Source of the DNA: a virus
IMG/VR virus record: IMGVR_UViG_3300048838_000238
Location: 32,001 to 96,000 of that record
Reading direction: 5' to 3' (one strand)
DNA: 64,000 nt
Shown here: positions 1-9,700 of the stretch, in pieces
How positions within the stretch are numbered: position 1 is the stretch's first letter
Layout: each line of letters opens with the position of its first letter
Position numbers and translations under genes: made by a program
The notes under the pieces: model-generated
Database searches by the model: none
Seen by the model: the letters and a program-made list of their open reading frames with translations, nothing else
Told to the model about the DNA's origin: nothing

Positions 1-360
1 CCCAGTCGCGCCTTCGCCGCCGGGAAGCTGCGTTCTGAATTTGCAACCAGCCACATCAAATCCTGAACCTGCCGCGTATTCGGCAAAGAGTTCGATCGCA
101 GAGTGAAGTTGCATCTCTAGGATCTGCTGGTCGCATTCGTCGAAGGCGGCGATATTGCCATTGGCGTACAGCATCATCTCGGCAATGCGCCGACCGTTAG
201 GAACGTCGCTATGCTCTTGCTCTGGAGGTGGCATCTCACCTAGCAGTTCGTCTATTTGTGCCTTGCAATCCTCGATTGAACTCCCCTGACCGCACCGTCG
301 GTCTTCAGGTCCGTCGTAGTCGCGAGGTGCGTCTTTAACCTCATATTCCAGATAGTCCAT
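1..360 (-). CDS. Hypothetical phage protein, partial (runs off the left edge)
   Basis: Manual translation from ATG at 360 (MDYLEYEVKDAPRDY...) stays open to position 1; starts just after the stop of the nuclease gene. Confidence 0.55.
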   Translation of the reverse strand, partial: MDYLEYEVKDAPRDYDGPEDRRCGQGSSIEDCKAQIDELLGEMPPPEQEHSDVPNGRRIAEMMLYANGNIAAFDECDQQILEMQLHSAIELFAEYAAGSGFDVAGCKFRTQLPGGEGATG

Positions 361-362
361 GT

Positions 363-1118
363 TCACGCGGCCTTTACAAATTGAGGGTATTTTTCGGCGA
401 TCTCACGCAACGCTCGTTCGCGCTCCGCTTCGGCGCGACGCCGCTCATGCAGCAAAGACGAGTAGGTTCGCGCCACATACGGATCTGACGACTGAACAAC
501 TAGAAACCGATGCACAGGTTGAACTCGGTATTGCTGCCTCACACCTTCGCAGTAATGAACCTCTTGAATGCCATAGCCGAAATCGCGGTAGTGCTTTGAG
601 AACACGTAGGCGATGTTGCGGTGGATTGTTTTCAAGTCCAGGACCAGTACGCGGCCTTCGCGGAAGATCAACTTATCGGGGCGGCATTTCAGCCAGAGCC
701 CTGTCGCGGTGTGCCGCCACTTGATCGTCGTCTCAACTGGTCCGGGATCGCGCAGCCAGTCGCCGGCCTTCTTGAACAGCGAGTCGGACATCCTCCGCAC
801 CGCTTCTAGTTCGTTGGACCGCAAGAGAAGCATGTCCGGGTTATCTGCGCGGAACGCATCCCAGACCTTGCCGCGACGGCTCTTGATGTACGGCGGAATC
901 TCGCGAACAGTCTCTTTGAATTTAGCCGTTTCAAGAACTCTCGTGTGCGTAGCCGTGCCGATATCCAAGTAGCCTTTGCGCGGTTCGCGCTCCTTGCCTC
1001 CGAGTATCCACTTGTCGTGGAACTCAGTAGGTTTGAACAGGTAGTCCGAGAGCATCGAAGCGCTGATCGCGGTTCGATCGGCGTGGTACTGTTCGTTGGT
1101 GACGTTTTCGATTATCAC
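363..1118 (-). CDS. PD-(D/E)XK exonuclease VIII / RecE-like protein (DUF3799 type)
   Basis: N-terminal NEQYHAD..ISASML, IGTATH, KCRPD and VLDLKT motifs; GTG start at 1118 overlaps the sigma gene stop. Confidence 0.85.
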   Translation of the reverse strand: MIIENVTNEQYHADRTAISASMLSDYLFKPTEFHDKWILGGKEREPRKGYLDIGTATHTRVLETAKFKETVREIPPYIKSRRGKVWDAFRADNPDMLLLRSNELEAVRRMSDSLFKKAGDWLRDPGPVETTIKWRHTATGLWLKCRPDKLIFREGRVLVLDLKTIHRNIAYVFSKHYRDFGYGIQEVHYCEGVRQQYRVQPVHRFLVVQSSDPYVARTYSSLLHERRRAEAERERALREIAEKYPQFVKAA

Positions 1119-1798
1119 GCTTCCACCGCCGTTTGCATTAACTCGCCGTCCGCCATTCTTCGCAGCCGCTCTCCGAGAATCGGCAACTCGTCTCTGATTC
1201 GCATGGCAACGTAGCACTGCGAACATCCGACTTGTTTTGCAATATCAACGAACGTCCAGTCGTACCGGAATCGAAGATCGATCATCGTGCGCATTGGTTC
1301 GCTAAGCGAAAGCAAAAGCCGATCAAAGCTATCTTCATCTTCCAAGACTTGCCTGTCGTACTCGCAGCCTTCGTCGGCGTAATCTTGCAAGATGGTCCAC
1401 TGCTGACCGCTGGTGCCTTGTACCTGATCGATGGAGGCGGTTTTCTGAAAGACTGCCATCGCTTCTTCGCGAGAAGCGATTCCCTTTGGCCGGCGGCAGC
1501 CGCTCGGAACCAGTTCGCGCAGAAAGTCCGCCACCGCACCATCGATCTGACCCGTCAAGAACGTCGACACCGTGCCGCTTTCGCGCCGGTATCGGTCGAT
1601 CGCGCCCAGTAACCTGATAACCACAACCTGCGATGCGTCATTTATGTTGTCGCCGAAGACGCGACGCGCTGCGCGATAGCGAATCGTCGGCCACCAGTAT
1701 TGAATCAGTTGATCGCGAGCTTGCATGTCGCCGGCCTGCGCCTTGAGGATAAGATCAAGATCCCGATCTGCGTTTGACTTGATCTTCTCTTTCGCCAT
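1115..1798 (-). CDS. Sigma-70 family RNA polymerase sigma factor (FliA/WhiG-like, regions 2 and 4)
   Basis: AQAGDMQARDQLI, AIDRY and STFL..IDGAVADFLR (region 2); C-terminal LSEPMRTMIDLRF...FVDIAKQVGCSQ HTH (region 4). Confidence 0.85.
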   Translation of the reverse strand: MAKEKIKSNADRDLDLILKAQAGDMQARDQLIQYWWPTIRYRAARRVFGDNINDASQVVVIRLLGAIDRYRRESGTVSTFLTGQIDGAVADFLRELVPSGCRRPKGIASREEAMAVFQKTASIDQVQGTSGQQWTILQDYADEGCEYDRQVLEDEDSFDRLLLSLSEPMRTMIDLRFRYDWTFVDIAKQVGCSQCYVAMRIRDELPILGERLRRMADGELMQTAVEA

Positions 1799-2080
1799 CA
1801 CACTTCCTTGCAGGCAACAGGCACGCTTTCCTGCGCGAGCCACGATGAAATAAAACGCTATGCGGCGCGACGCCATCCGCGCCGCATAGCGAGAAGAGAA
1901 CTACCGCCCTCTTGCGAATCCTTCCATCGCCGATTGACAGTCCATGAGACACGCGCCATCCGGTTCCCTCCGCGCGCTTCGGCGATTCCACTTAACAGGA
2001 CAGAAGTCTTGGTCGCGCTCCTTGCGGTTTCTCGGTCAGTTTCCATACTCGTCTGCCGACTCCCGTCCCGTGTTCCAATG

Positions 2081-2099
2081 CTATGTCAGTGTGATATAG
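2081..2099. promoter_or_regulatory. Palindromic operator copy CTATGTC-N5-GATATAG
   Basis: 1 mismatch to consensus CTATATC-N5-GATATAG; intergenic. Confidence 0.75.
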
Positions 2100-2149
2100 G
2101 CTATTCGCAGCGACTCGGGGAATCTTGGATTGAGTTTTCAGGAATTTCC

Positions 2150-2168
2150 CTATATCAAGGTGACATAG
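2150..2168. promoter_or_regulatory. Palindromic operator copy CTATATC-N5-GACATAG
   Basis: 1 mismatch to consensus; intergenic, paired with the 2081 copy. Confidence 0.75.
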
Positions 2169-2228
2169 CTTACGAACTATTCGCTGCGCGTCAACATATC
2201 TTTGGTCGAACTTGCAAGATTGCGGTTT

Positions 2229-3359
2229 TTATTCTTGAACAGCCGCGCCGAACAGCCATCCGCGAACGTGATCGGCGACAGCGCGCAACCGCCGATCTTC
2301 AATGTTCTCGCGATACATGCCTGATATCGTGTTGTCCGAATGCCCCATGATGGCGCGAGTCGACAAGTAATCGCCGTGCTGGTCGCCGATCGTCTGGAAG
2401 CCGTGACGTAATGCGTAGAAGCCGCGATTCGCCTCATAGACATCTTGGGACACGCAGAGCTTTTTGAACTCCGCCGACAAAGGATTTGCTTTGGAATCGG
2501 TGAACCAGCATTGGCCGCGCTTCGTGCGGAACACCAGCGGATCGGTGTCGGACTTGCGTGATTCGAGCGCCGCCTGCAACGCCCCGACTGTCTCGGGCCA
2601 CAATGGGCAGCGCCGCGCAATCCCGGTCTTCGGCCTCGGGTAGTCGATCCAGCCGTTTTGCATGTCAAGAGCGCTCACCGGAAGTTGCCCGCAGTCCCCG
2701 TTCCCGAACCCGCAGTTGATCGCTAGCAGGATCATGGCTTTCATCTGGACGTCGGCGGCAGCGATCAGCTTGCGAATCTCGACTGCGTTGAACAGTTTGC
2801 TTCCGGCCTTAGCCTTTTCGCGCCTGGTGACCCTCTTGGCAGGCCGTTTGAAATCCCCGAACCGGACTGGCTTATCGATCAACCCGTTCTCAAACCCATA
2901 CCTCAGAATCACCCGACAGCGAGTGACTTCGTTCCCTAGACTGGTCGCGTTCATGGTCTTCGACAAGGCGCGGCGGAGCTTCATCAAATCATGCGGCTGC
3001 AACTCCTGAACCACGGATGCCTTACCGAGATGCTCGATCATCCGTTCGCACGACTTGTAGTAGTCGTCATACGTCCGGTGGGCAAGTTCGCCACCGTCAC
3101 GCTTACTCTTCGCGTTCGTCATGAACGAGTTACAGAGCGTCATTAGGTCGCAGGCATCGCCGTCGAAGATCCGTGGTGACCGCCCGGACAGAAGATCGTC
3201 CTTGACGCGCAGCCATTCGGCTAAAGCTTTATCAGGGTCCGTGCCGAAGTAGAAGTCGCGGCCTCGAATCCGCTTGCGATACTGACCGGTCTTGTGGAGT
3301 CCCAACGGGAACTTATCGGCCCGCTTGCCCTTACCTGCTTCCGGATTAGAATTGTCCAT
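2229..3359 (-). CDS. int: Tyrosine recombinase / phage integrase
   Basis: ILLAINCG, RPKTG, FYALRH, IMGH and MY motifs; N-terminal LHKTGQYRKRIRG arm-binding region; next to attP-like site. Confidence 0.92.
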   Translation of the reverse strand: MDNSNPEAGKGKRADKFPLGLHKTGQYRKRIRGRDFYFGTDPDKALAEWLRVKDDLLSGRSPRIFDGDACDLMTLCNSFMTNAKSKRDGGELAHRTYDDYYKSCERMIEHLGKASVVQELQPHDLMKLRRALSKTMNATSLGNEVTRCRVILRYGFENGLIDKPVRFGDFKRPAKRVTRREKAKAGSKLFNAVEIRKLIAAADVQMKAMILLAINCGFGNGDCGQLPVSALDMQNGWIDYPRPKTGIARRCPLWPETVGALQAALESRKSDTDPLVFRTKRGQCWFTDSKANPLSAEFKKLCVSQDVYEANRGFYALRHGFQTIGDQHGDYLSTRAIMGHSDNTISGMYRENIEDRRLRAVADHVRGWLFGAAVQE

Positions 3360-3374
3360 TGTCGACCGCTCGCA

Positions 3375-3630
3375 TGGTAGAAAAGTGGTACTAGGGTAGC
3401 TTTTAGGGTAGCGACAAAAATACCAAGTAGACGTTTTACCTGCAAGACAACGACGAAAACCAATAAAAACAAGCATCAAACGACTTCATTCCCCTGTAGC
3501 TCAGTCGGTAGAGCAGCGGACTGTTAAACTACTTAGCCGATGAGACAGGCTTGATTTCCCAAGGAAAACGCCTCATCTGGTCTCACCGATCCCGGTCAAA
3601 TCAGTCGAAAAGTGGTAGGCTACCACCGAT
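3375..3630. mobile_element. attP region: tRNA-derived core flanked by candidate arm-type repeats
   Basis: TAGGGTAGC at 3392 and 3404; AAAAGTGGTA at about 3381 and 3608; these flank a tRNA fragment between int and xis. Confidence 0.7.
3490..3527 (+). pseudogene. 5' half of tRNA-Asn(GTT), probable attP core
   Basis: TCCCCTG-TAGCTCAGTCGGTAGAGC-AGCGGA-CTGTTAA gives the acceptor 5' strand, D arm and anticodon loop; sequence diverges right after the loop, with no T arm. Confidence 0.85.
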
Positions 3631-3640
3631 GAACGACTGT

Positions 3641-3931
3641 TCAGAGTGACGACTGTATGTGATTCAAGATGCGTTCCACATCGGTCCTGTCAAGTCCGAC
3701 CGTCACTTGTATACCGAACAGATACCAACTCTCAATCGGCTGCTTGTTCATTAACCGGCCGTTGAAGTCTCGCGTTATCCGATCGTAAAAGCGAACCCAC
3801 TTTATCGGATAATGACCATTGTGAAACTTCCCCAGTACAAGCACCTCGTCTGATGCTGTCGACATAGGCCGGACAGCGTCTAGTTCGCGCAGCCATTCTG
3901 ACGTTCCACAACATGGGTCGTCCTTAGCCAT
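3641..3931 (-). CDS. Hypothetical protein
   Basis: ATG ORF in the compact minus-strand cluster. Confidence 0.5.
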   Translation of the reverse strand: MAKDDPCCGTSEWLRELDAVRPMSTASDEVLVLGKFHNGHYPIKWVRFYDRITRDFNGRLMNKQPIESWYLFGIQVTVGLDRTDVERILNHIQSSL

Positions 3932-4090
3932 TGCGCGACCTCAATCTCTGTACCATGCCTCGTTGCTTGTTGTACGAGTACACCGTGCGGATAATTTCCG
4001 GCAGAGCGTCGATGACTCCGGCCTTCTGCGCCTTTTGGATCAATCGCCGCTTTCTCGCAATATCCAGCCGCTTGACGCTTCGGTGCATGA

Positions 4091-4315
4091 TCACGTCTCC
4101 TTGAGCCAGTTGTTCCGCACGCCGCGCATCCACGAATAAGCGTAGAGGAAGCACAGCGCGAAGATACCCCACTGACCAGCCACCCAGGCCGAGTAGAACC
4201 AGAACGGCTGACCAGCCAGTCCAAAGATACAAGCCCACTTCCGATAGTGCGGTCGCTCATCCTGGCTGAGCCAGATGGCAACTGCGCCGGTCATCGCGAT
4301 GGCGATCTGTTCCAT
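4091..4315 (-). CDS. Small membrane protein
   Basis: Hydrophobic helices, GLAGQPFW motif, GAGG RBS. Confidence 0.65.
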   Translation of the reverse strand: MEQIAIAMTGAVAIWLSQDERPHYRKWACIFGLAGQPFWFYSAWVAGQWGIFALCFLYAYSWMRGVRNNWLKET

Positions 4316-4319
4316 AGCC

Positions 4320-4577
4320 TCACTTGAAGAACTGAATTACGTCGCGTCTGACCTTGCGACGTTTCTTGACTGGAGTGGCCGGAGCGGCGACAGTGCGGAT
4401 GTCTTCAAACGCCTCCAGCGCCTCCGATGTTACGATGTACCGCGACCTCCCGGAAGTCTTGGTTCGGATATCGATCGCCGTTAGTTGCCCTGATCTGACT
4501 AGCGTCAAGACGTGGCTATGGCAGCAGCGCCACCGCTCTGCGATCTCTGCCAAGGTGTAAGAGGCTTGCGCGGTCAT
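4320..4577 (-). CDS. xis: Excisionase-like winged HTH protein
   Basis: YTLAEIAERW...VLTLVRSGQL...RYIVTSEALEAF is typical of HTH_17/Xis; near attP and int. Confidence 0.8.
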   Translation of the reverse strand: MTAQASYTLAEIAERWRCCHSHVLTLVRSGQLTAIDIRTKTSGRSRYIVTSEALEAFEDIRTVAAPATPVKKRRKVRRDVIQFFK

Positions 4578-4954
4578 GCTGGACCTAGCTTTTTGATCGT
4601 GATCTTCCAGTTCCCGAGTTCGCTCTTTCCGTCCGTTGCTCCAACTAAGTCAACCGTCAAGTCAGTCGCACCGTTGCGGACCGCCTCGGAGATTAAAAAC
4701 ACCGCCGCCCCCGTTGCCTTTAGCGCGTGCTTTCCGTGATCGTCATCGCAAATAGCGGCGACCGCCTCCGGCAACGGCTTCGCCAAAACTGTCTCGCGAG
4801 CCTCGATTTCATGCCTCACCCAATCTTCGGTCACTCCAGGTGAGCCAAGAGAGATGCCATTTACGCACTTACCTGACAGAATCGCCTTTAGCGACCGTAA
4901 CTCTGACTCCAGTATCTTCCGGCCTTCTGTCTGAGTTGCGGTCGTCATCGGCAT
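4574..4954 (-). CDS. Hypothetical protein
   Basis: ORF whose stop overlaps the xis start. Confidence 0.55.
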   Translation of the reverse strand: MPMTTATQTEGRKILESELRSLKAILSGKCVNGISLGSPGVTEDWVRHEIEARETVLAKPLPEAVAAICDDDHGKHALKATGAAVFLISEAVRNGATDLTVDLVGATDGKSELGNWKITIKKLGPA

Positions 4955-5452
4955 TCGTCCCTTCTGGAGTCCCGTTCGTAGTCCGCTTTATCGGCGCGGT
5001 CTTCGTCGTGTAGGCGGCGTTGCTCGCGCTCGTCCGCTTCGTCTTCTGCGTTGGAGGTTCGCCAAGCGTCATAGCTTGCAGGTAGTCCGTCTTGCATCGA
5101 TCTTTACCTCAGTAGAGTTTCAGTGACAGCGGCATAAACCGCCGTTGCTCGCGTATGGTCCGTTAGGTCCGACAGGATCATCGGATGTGTAATGCTCTCC
5201 TGGAATTGCGTACCATCCGTCGCCGTCCGGGTGCGTTACCAATTCCGCCACAGTCCCACATCGCGTGATGCCTCTTGGCTTGTACGGCGCTCAAACTCGC
5301 GACACTAGGCACCGTATCTGCTATCTCGTCACTCGCACCAGATCTATGCTTTTAGCGTGACGTGATTTGAAAAAGTTGCGGGCCTTGGAATCGCACCAAG
5401 TTTGCTCTGCTTATGAGACAGAGAAGATGACTACACCTACCGCCCGCAATAA

Positions 5453-5698
5453 CTACGCTGACTTTCGTGCCGCTATCGCCCGTCCCGTGGTTGTGTTCGG
5501 CAGACCAGACACAAGGTTTGCCGCGCTCTCGATATCCCACGTATCGTCAACAGAGATCGAATCCAGACCTACCGCGAACGCCTCCTGGCTGACTCTCCAG
5601 ACGAGGCAATCGAACTTCACCGCGCAGAATCCGACCTTCATCGATCGCAGCGCCTTCGTGATTCTCTCCAGTTTGTCGAGTTGTTGCTTAGTCTTCAC
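5453..5698 (-). CDS. Hypothetical protein
   Basis: GGAG RBS; downstream of an operator/promoter region. Confidence 0.55.
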   Translation of the reverse strand: MKTKQQLDKLERITKALRSMKVGFCAVKFDCLVWRVSQEAFAVGLDSISVDDTWDIESAANLVSGLPNTTTGRAIAARKSA

Positions 5699-5754
5699 CT
5701 GTTGGCTCCATAAACTGGTTGTGTGTTGATACCAGTAATTCGCCCGTCGCAGAA

Positions 5755-5773
5755 CTATATTGGATTGATATAG
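5755..5773. promoter_or_regulatory. Palindromic operator copy CTATATT-N5-GATATAG
   Basis: 1 mismatch; intergenic. Confidence 0.75.
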
Positions 5774-5797
5774 CCGAATCGGGAAAAATTTTAAAGG

Positions 5798-6310
5798 CTA
5801 CCAATCGCCCAGTATGTCGTATCTGGCCAATATCCGACGGCAGTTGTCGTCCGTCACTATCGTCGACTGGTCCGGCGCGCGACCGACTAGACTAGCCAGC
5901 TTGCTTTCGTCGATTGGATCGTGGACGTGATACTTGCACGCGCCGGCCGGCCATAAGTAGGGTACGCTGATAATCACGCACTTCGTCGCGGCCGCGAAGA
6001 GGGCGGCGGAGAACTCTTGCGTTTCTTTGAGATGCTCGATGACTTGGCAGCACGTGACGACCGACACTGGCAAAGGGACGTGTTTGGCGCTGGTGGGCCA
6101 GTAGCCGCGCGCCGCTTGGACTCCTGGCAGATGCGGGCGGGCCTCGGGTCCGAGCGTCCACCGCTCGGCAAATGCGCCCCACGTCGCTACTGGCGTGTCC
6201 ATCGGGCCGATGTCGAGGATCGACTGTTGTGGTCCGAGTTCGTCAATCCATTGGCGGAGAACGCGGTAATAGTTGTAGTGCTTTCGCTGCTCGTAGTATC
6301 CTGGCATCAT
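5798..6310 (-). CDS. Class I SAM-dependent methyltransferase-like protein
   Basis: ILDIG motif I-like, CCQVIEHL and IISVPY. Confidence 0.7.
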   Translation of the reverse strand: MMPGYYEQRKHYNYYRVLRQWIDELGPQQSILDIGPMDTPVATWGAFAERWTLGPEARPHLPGVQAARGYWPTSAKHVPLPVSVVTCCQVIEHLKETQEFSAALFAAATKCVIISVPYLWPAGACKYHVHDPIDESKLASLVGRAPDQSTIVTDDNCRRILARYDILGDW

Positions 6311-7428
6311 TCGTCCTCGCGGCGGGAATGGATGTAGGTGCGTACCGCGTCCCGCAATTCATTCGGCGCGGCCGACGACCAACGCAGCATCCCGTTGGGG
6401 TCGCGCACGAGGTGCTTTTCAGGGTCGAATCGGTGGCGGCGCAGGGCCTCATGCCGCGACATATATTGACGATGTTTGCGCGATCCGTGATAGAGATGCA
6501 ATGCCGGTGAGTCGACGACCCCAACGCGGCCGTGCGTTAATTTGGTCAATCCGCGCGACCAGCGAAGCATGTGGGACCGATACTCATCGCCCCAACTTCG
6601 GATATCAATTGCTCGCGCGTCGCCGACTGCCGCCGCCGCCCAGACGACGTCTCCACCGCCAGTGATCGCCATGTCGTACATGCCGCCACATTTTGCGAGC
6701 GTCTCACGTCTAGCTGCCCATGCCATTCCAGGGAATGATCTGCGCGAGTCGGCGTTTGCTTGTCGGCGGACTCGATTGTCCCACGCCATGCTAGGTCGTG
6801 GCGGGTCTTCTGCCATTGGCTGATCGTCTGCGTCCAGATACGTAATCATCGACCAAGGCTGAACAACAGCATGCAAGTTGAGTTGCTGAAGGATCTGGTC
6901 GCCGATCCCAGGACGCTCGTAAACCACGTCCGCGTCAATCCAGACAGCACAGTCGTATTGATCCGGCAGTCGATCGATCGCGGCGTTTAGCAGTGATTCT
7001 TTGTGCCAAAACTGGGCGTCACCGTCGATTTTGAACTGCCAAGTGGAGTCAATTTCAGACCGCATTCCAGGAAACAGCCCTTCGGCGCAAAATAGCGGCA
7101 GCCCTTGCTCTCTGATAGCGCCTGCGAATCGCGGATAGATTTGAACGCGCCGCCGACTCCCGTGAGGATTAAAAAACGATGTAACAACGGCGAGATTCTT
7201 TGCCGGTGGACCAGTATGCGACGGTAGGTCAAGGGGATTTTCAGCCTGCGCCACGATTCTTGCCGCCGTCGCCTCCTTGGCGCGGGGCTGCGCCACAATC
7301 CTCGCTGCCGCCGCTTCCTTGGCGAGGGGCTTCAGCTTCCAAAACGAATCGGGGATTTTCGCTTGCCCCCGCGCTACCATCTGCATTAAGCGACCCGTGT
7401 CGGTGAGCCCTACGCCGATCTTTGCCAC
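6307..7428 (-). CDS. GT-A fold glycosyltransferase-like protein
   Basis: WHKESLLN, WIDADV (DxD), VVQPW, GMAWAAR, GGGD and HLYHG motifs. Confidence 0.75.
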   Translation of the reverse strand: MAKIGVGLTDTGRLMQMVARGQAKIPDSFWKLKPLAKEAAAARIVAQPRAKEATAARIVAQAENPLDLPSHTGPPAKNLAVVTSFFNPHGSRRRVQIYPRFAGAIREQGLPLFCAEGLFPGMRSEIDSTWQFKIDGDAQFWHKESLLNAAIDRLPDQYDCAVWIDADVVYERPGIGDQILQQLNLHAVVQPWSMITYLDADDQPMAEDPPRPSMAWDNRVRRQANADSRRSFPGMAWAARRETLAKCGGMYDMAITGGGDVVWAAAAVGDARAIDIRSWGDEYRSHMLRWSRGLTKLTHGRVGVVDSPALHLYHGSRKHRQYMSRHEALRRHRFDPEKHLVRDPNGMLRWSSAAPNELRDAVRTYIHSRREDE

Positions 7429-8396
7429 ACCGCGCCTCCTTGCGCTCTCATAATGAAGATGCCGTCCGTCAGATTGCAGTCTACCGCGCCGGTGTAACGA
7501 GGTACGACTTCGTCACCCGGTTTCAGTCTGAGCATGAACGATAGGCAGACGTGTAGCGTCTCGGCTTTGTGCCGCAAGAAGTTGTAGGCGCCATAGTCGC
7601 CGTCCCATGTATTGCCGAGTTTGAATGGTGTCGCGGTTTCCGATCCCGCGCGGCGGACGTTGATCTGTAACCCGCAAGCCAGCGACCGCTCAGACGAGGT
7701 TTGTTCTTCGATCGATAGCGTCGCGGCCACAGATCCGCAGTAGACTCCAGAGCGGACCACGCCATAAGATCCGATCGCGGCGTTTGGTCGGAACAGAAAT
7801 GCCGATCGGCTCCAAGCCGGAATGCCGCCCGTCGCTTCATCCGTCAGTAATTCCAAGCCGGAAGGAAAGAACAATCCGGCTGGCGCAAGCGAAGCCGCCG
7901 CGCACTTGGCCGCGATCGCGTGCCTCGCTATCAATCCGTTCGGCATGATCTTGGCCAACCATAGACCAGGATGCACTTCAGCTTTGCTGATGCACAGAAA
8001 GGCGTTCCCAGCGGGGTGGAGCTTCCAAGAGTCGTCAATGGGGCCGCATGGCAGGCCAGGACGGATGAGACTCTGCTTTGTAGAGTCGACCAATGCCCAC
8101 AGCGGCCAATCGCGCGAGAACTGCCCCTTGGCGTTCGCCGGTGTCGCGATGTGGTGGTTGACCGCGTAGAAGTTCGCGTCTTGCGCTTCGCAGGAATAGC
8201 TAGTAGGCCGGTAGCCGCTGTATAAAGTCAGACCGTTTACTGAGTCCCATTGGTGCTCGACATCACTGACGACGCCTTCCGCTGGTTCTTTGTGCGGAGG
8301 CAGCGCCACGAGTCCCCAGGCTGGGCAACTATGCCCGCTCTTGTTCTGCCAATCCTCGCTGCGCGCGTGAAAGAACTCTTTGTGAAAGGCTTTCAT
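7410..8396 (-). CDS. Minor tail / receptor-binding-like protein, paralog 3
   Basis: Shares WxNxSxxxCPAxGL N-terminal motif with the two upstream genes; at the end of the tail module. Confidence 0.55.
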   Translation of the reverse strand: MKAFHKEFFHARSEDWQNKSGHSCPAWGLVALPPHKEPAEGVVSDVEHQWDSVNGLTLYSGYRPTSYSCEAQDANFYAVNHHIATPANAKGQFSRDWPLWALVDSTKQSLIRPGLPCGPIDDSWKLHPAGNAFLCISKAEVHPGLWLAKIMPNGLIARHAIAAKCAAASLAPAGLFFPSGLELLTDEATGGIPAWSRSAFLFRPNAAIGSYGVVRSGVYCGSVAATLSIEEQTSSERSLACGLQINVRRAGSETATPFKLGNTWDGDYGAYNFLRHKAETLHVCLSFMLRLKPGDEVVPRYTGAVDCNLTDGIFIMRAQGGAVWQRSA

Positions 8397-9700
8397 ATTG
8401 ACGAGTGTCCTTCCCGACTGTCGCTAGGACCGATGTACTCGATCAGCAGAGATGGGTTATCGACCGTGGCGTCGTAGTATTGGTTTTGGCCGCCGGATCT
8501 GGGCAGCGCATCGTAGATTAATATCCGCACGGACAACTCGGCATCTCGTTGAACGCGGCAAGTGAACGGCATGTAAACCGATCGCTTCATGTCTTCATTG
8601 AAAGGAACAAACTGCGACTCGCCGATATCACCGCCAAGCCTGATTGCATATTCCGCCACTGGCTCACCAGGAATGTTTTGAGGATAGAATCTGATAGTTG
8701 ACGGAATAATGGCGTTAGCCGCATAATCACCCCAGTCGTCTTCTCCAGCATCCAGCGATATCCTTACAAGCAGCAGTCCTCCCTGCCTTGGCTCACCAGC
8801 GTATCCGTCATACGCCGACTTCAACAGCATTCCGACCGTGGCCTGAAAGACGCAGTCGTAGAATCCAGGCTCGTTAAGGCGGATTTTAGACACTACGGAA
8901 GCCCCAGAGTTCTCCGGATAGATGTCGCAGTTCCTTGGATTGGTTGGTACTCGCAGCCCGAAGGTATCCGCAAAATTGTAGTGCGCTGCATCGCCTTCGA
9001 AGGGGTCGCCGTCGTCGGTTAAGACCGTCTGTGTGTCGGCTTCCTTGACCGCGCACAATAGATCCGCTTGCGGCGACCGCCACGGCGCGATCAGCAGCAC
9101 GTCGCGATCTTTTATGCGAGGCTCGCTTTGAACGCCAAGGGAAGTGAATTGTCTTCCTGAATCGAATCGCTTCGCGCCAGTGCGGTATTGCGGTCCAGGT
9201 CCAATCCATTCAACGGTTTCATCTTGTGCTTCGCGAGTAACCTCCCACGAACCAGACTTCGGCGAGCATCGTTCTCCGACAAGGATCTGCGGCGAGTCTG
9301 GGTGTCGGAGAACCATCAGCGGCCAATCAAACGTGGCCAGACCGACCTTCCCTGGCTGTACAGCTAAGTGCGAATTTGCGGCGAACAGATCTCCCTGCCA
9401 TTCTTCGCGGTCCTGTGGTGGATCAGCGTAGCGACTCAGACTCAGCACACTGAGGGCAGCCCCGGAAATAAACGGGGTGCCCTGCAAATACAAATCATCC
9501 AGACCTTCGAATCCGACTCCACGACTCAAAACATTTACGTCGGTGTTGACGAAACGCCCTTCGAACGTTGTCGCGCGATCGATGAGACCGAAGGCCGGAC
9601 AGACTGTGTCGCTCATGTTCCTCCACAGCACCCAACGTCGCGATGCGAAGTAACCTTGATAGCGCGGTAACGCGATTCTCTGAGACACTCTGCTAGGCAT
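8393..9700 (-). CDS. Minor tail / receptor-binding-like protein, paralog 2
   Basis: WRNMSDTVCPAFGLI and AVQPGKVGLAT; beta-rich C-terminus. Confidence 0.55.
   Translation of the reverse strand: MPSRVSQRIALPRYQGYFASRRWVLWRNMSDTVCPAFGLIDRATTFEGRFVNTDVNVLSRGVGFEGLDDLYLQGTPFISGAALSVLSLSRYADPPQDREEWQGDLFAANSHLAVQPGKVGLATFDWPLMVLRHPDSPQILVGERCSPKSGSWEVTREAQDETVEWIGPGPQYRTGAKRFDSGRQFTSLGVQSEPRIKDRDVLLIAPWRSPQADLLCAVKEADTQTVLTDDGDPFEGDAAHYNFADTFGLRVPTNPRNCDIYPENSGASVVSKIRLNEPGFYDCVFQATVGMLLKSAYDGYAGEPRQGGLLLVRISLDAGEDDWGDYAANAIIPSTIRFYPQNIPGEPVAEYAIRLGGDIGESQFVPFNEDMKRSVYMPFTCRVQRDAELSVRILIYDALPRSGGQNQYYDATVDNPSLLIEYIGPSDSREGHSSI

Noticed and set aside
1-3490. Left end as host chromosome (prophage boundary)
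   Set aside because: The genes there are phage-like (int, sigma, RecE-like) and carry the same operator palindrome, so the site is better read as attP
3490-3570. Complete tRNA-Asn gene
   Set aside because: No anticodon 3' strand, T arm or acceptor 3' strand after 3527
5231-5257. tRNA-Leu-like 5' end on the minus strand (GGGACTGTGGCGGAATTGGTAACGCAC)
   Set aside because: No anticodon or T arm follows, and the region also reads as a short peptide. Probably coincidental or a remnant.
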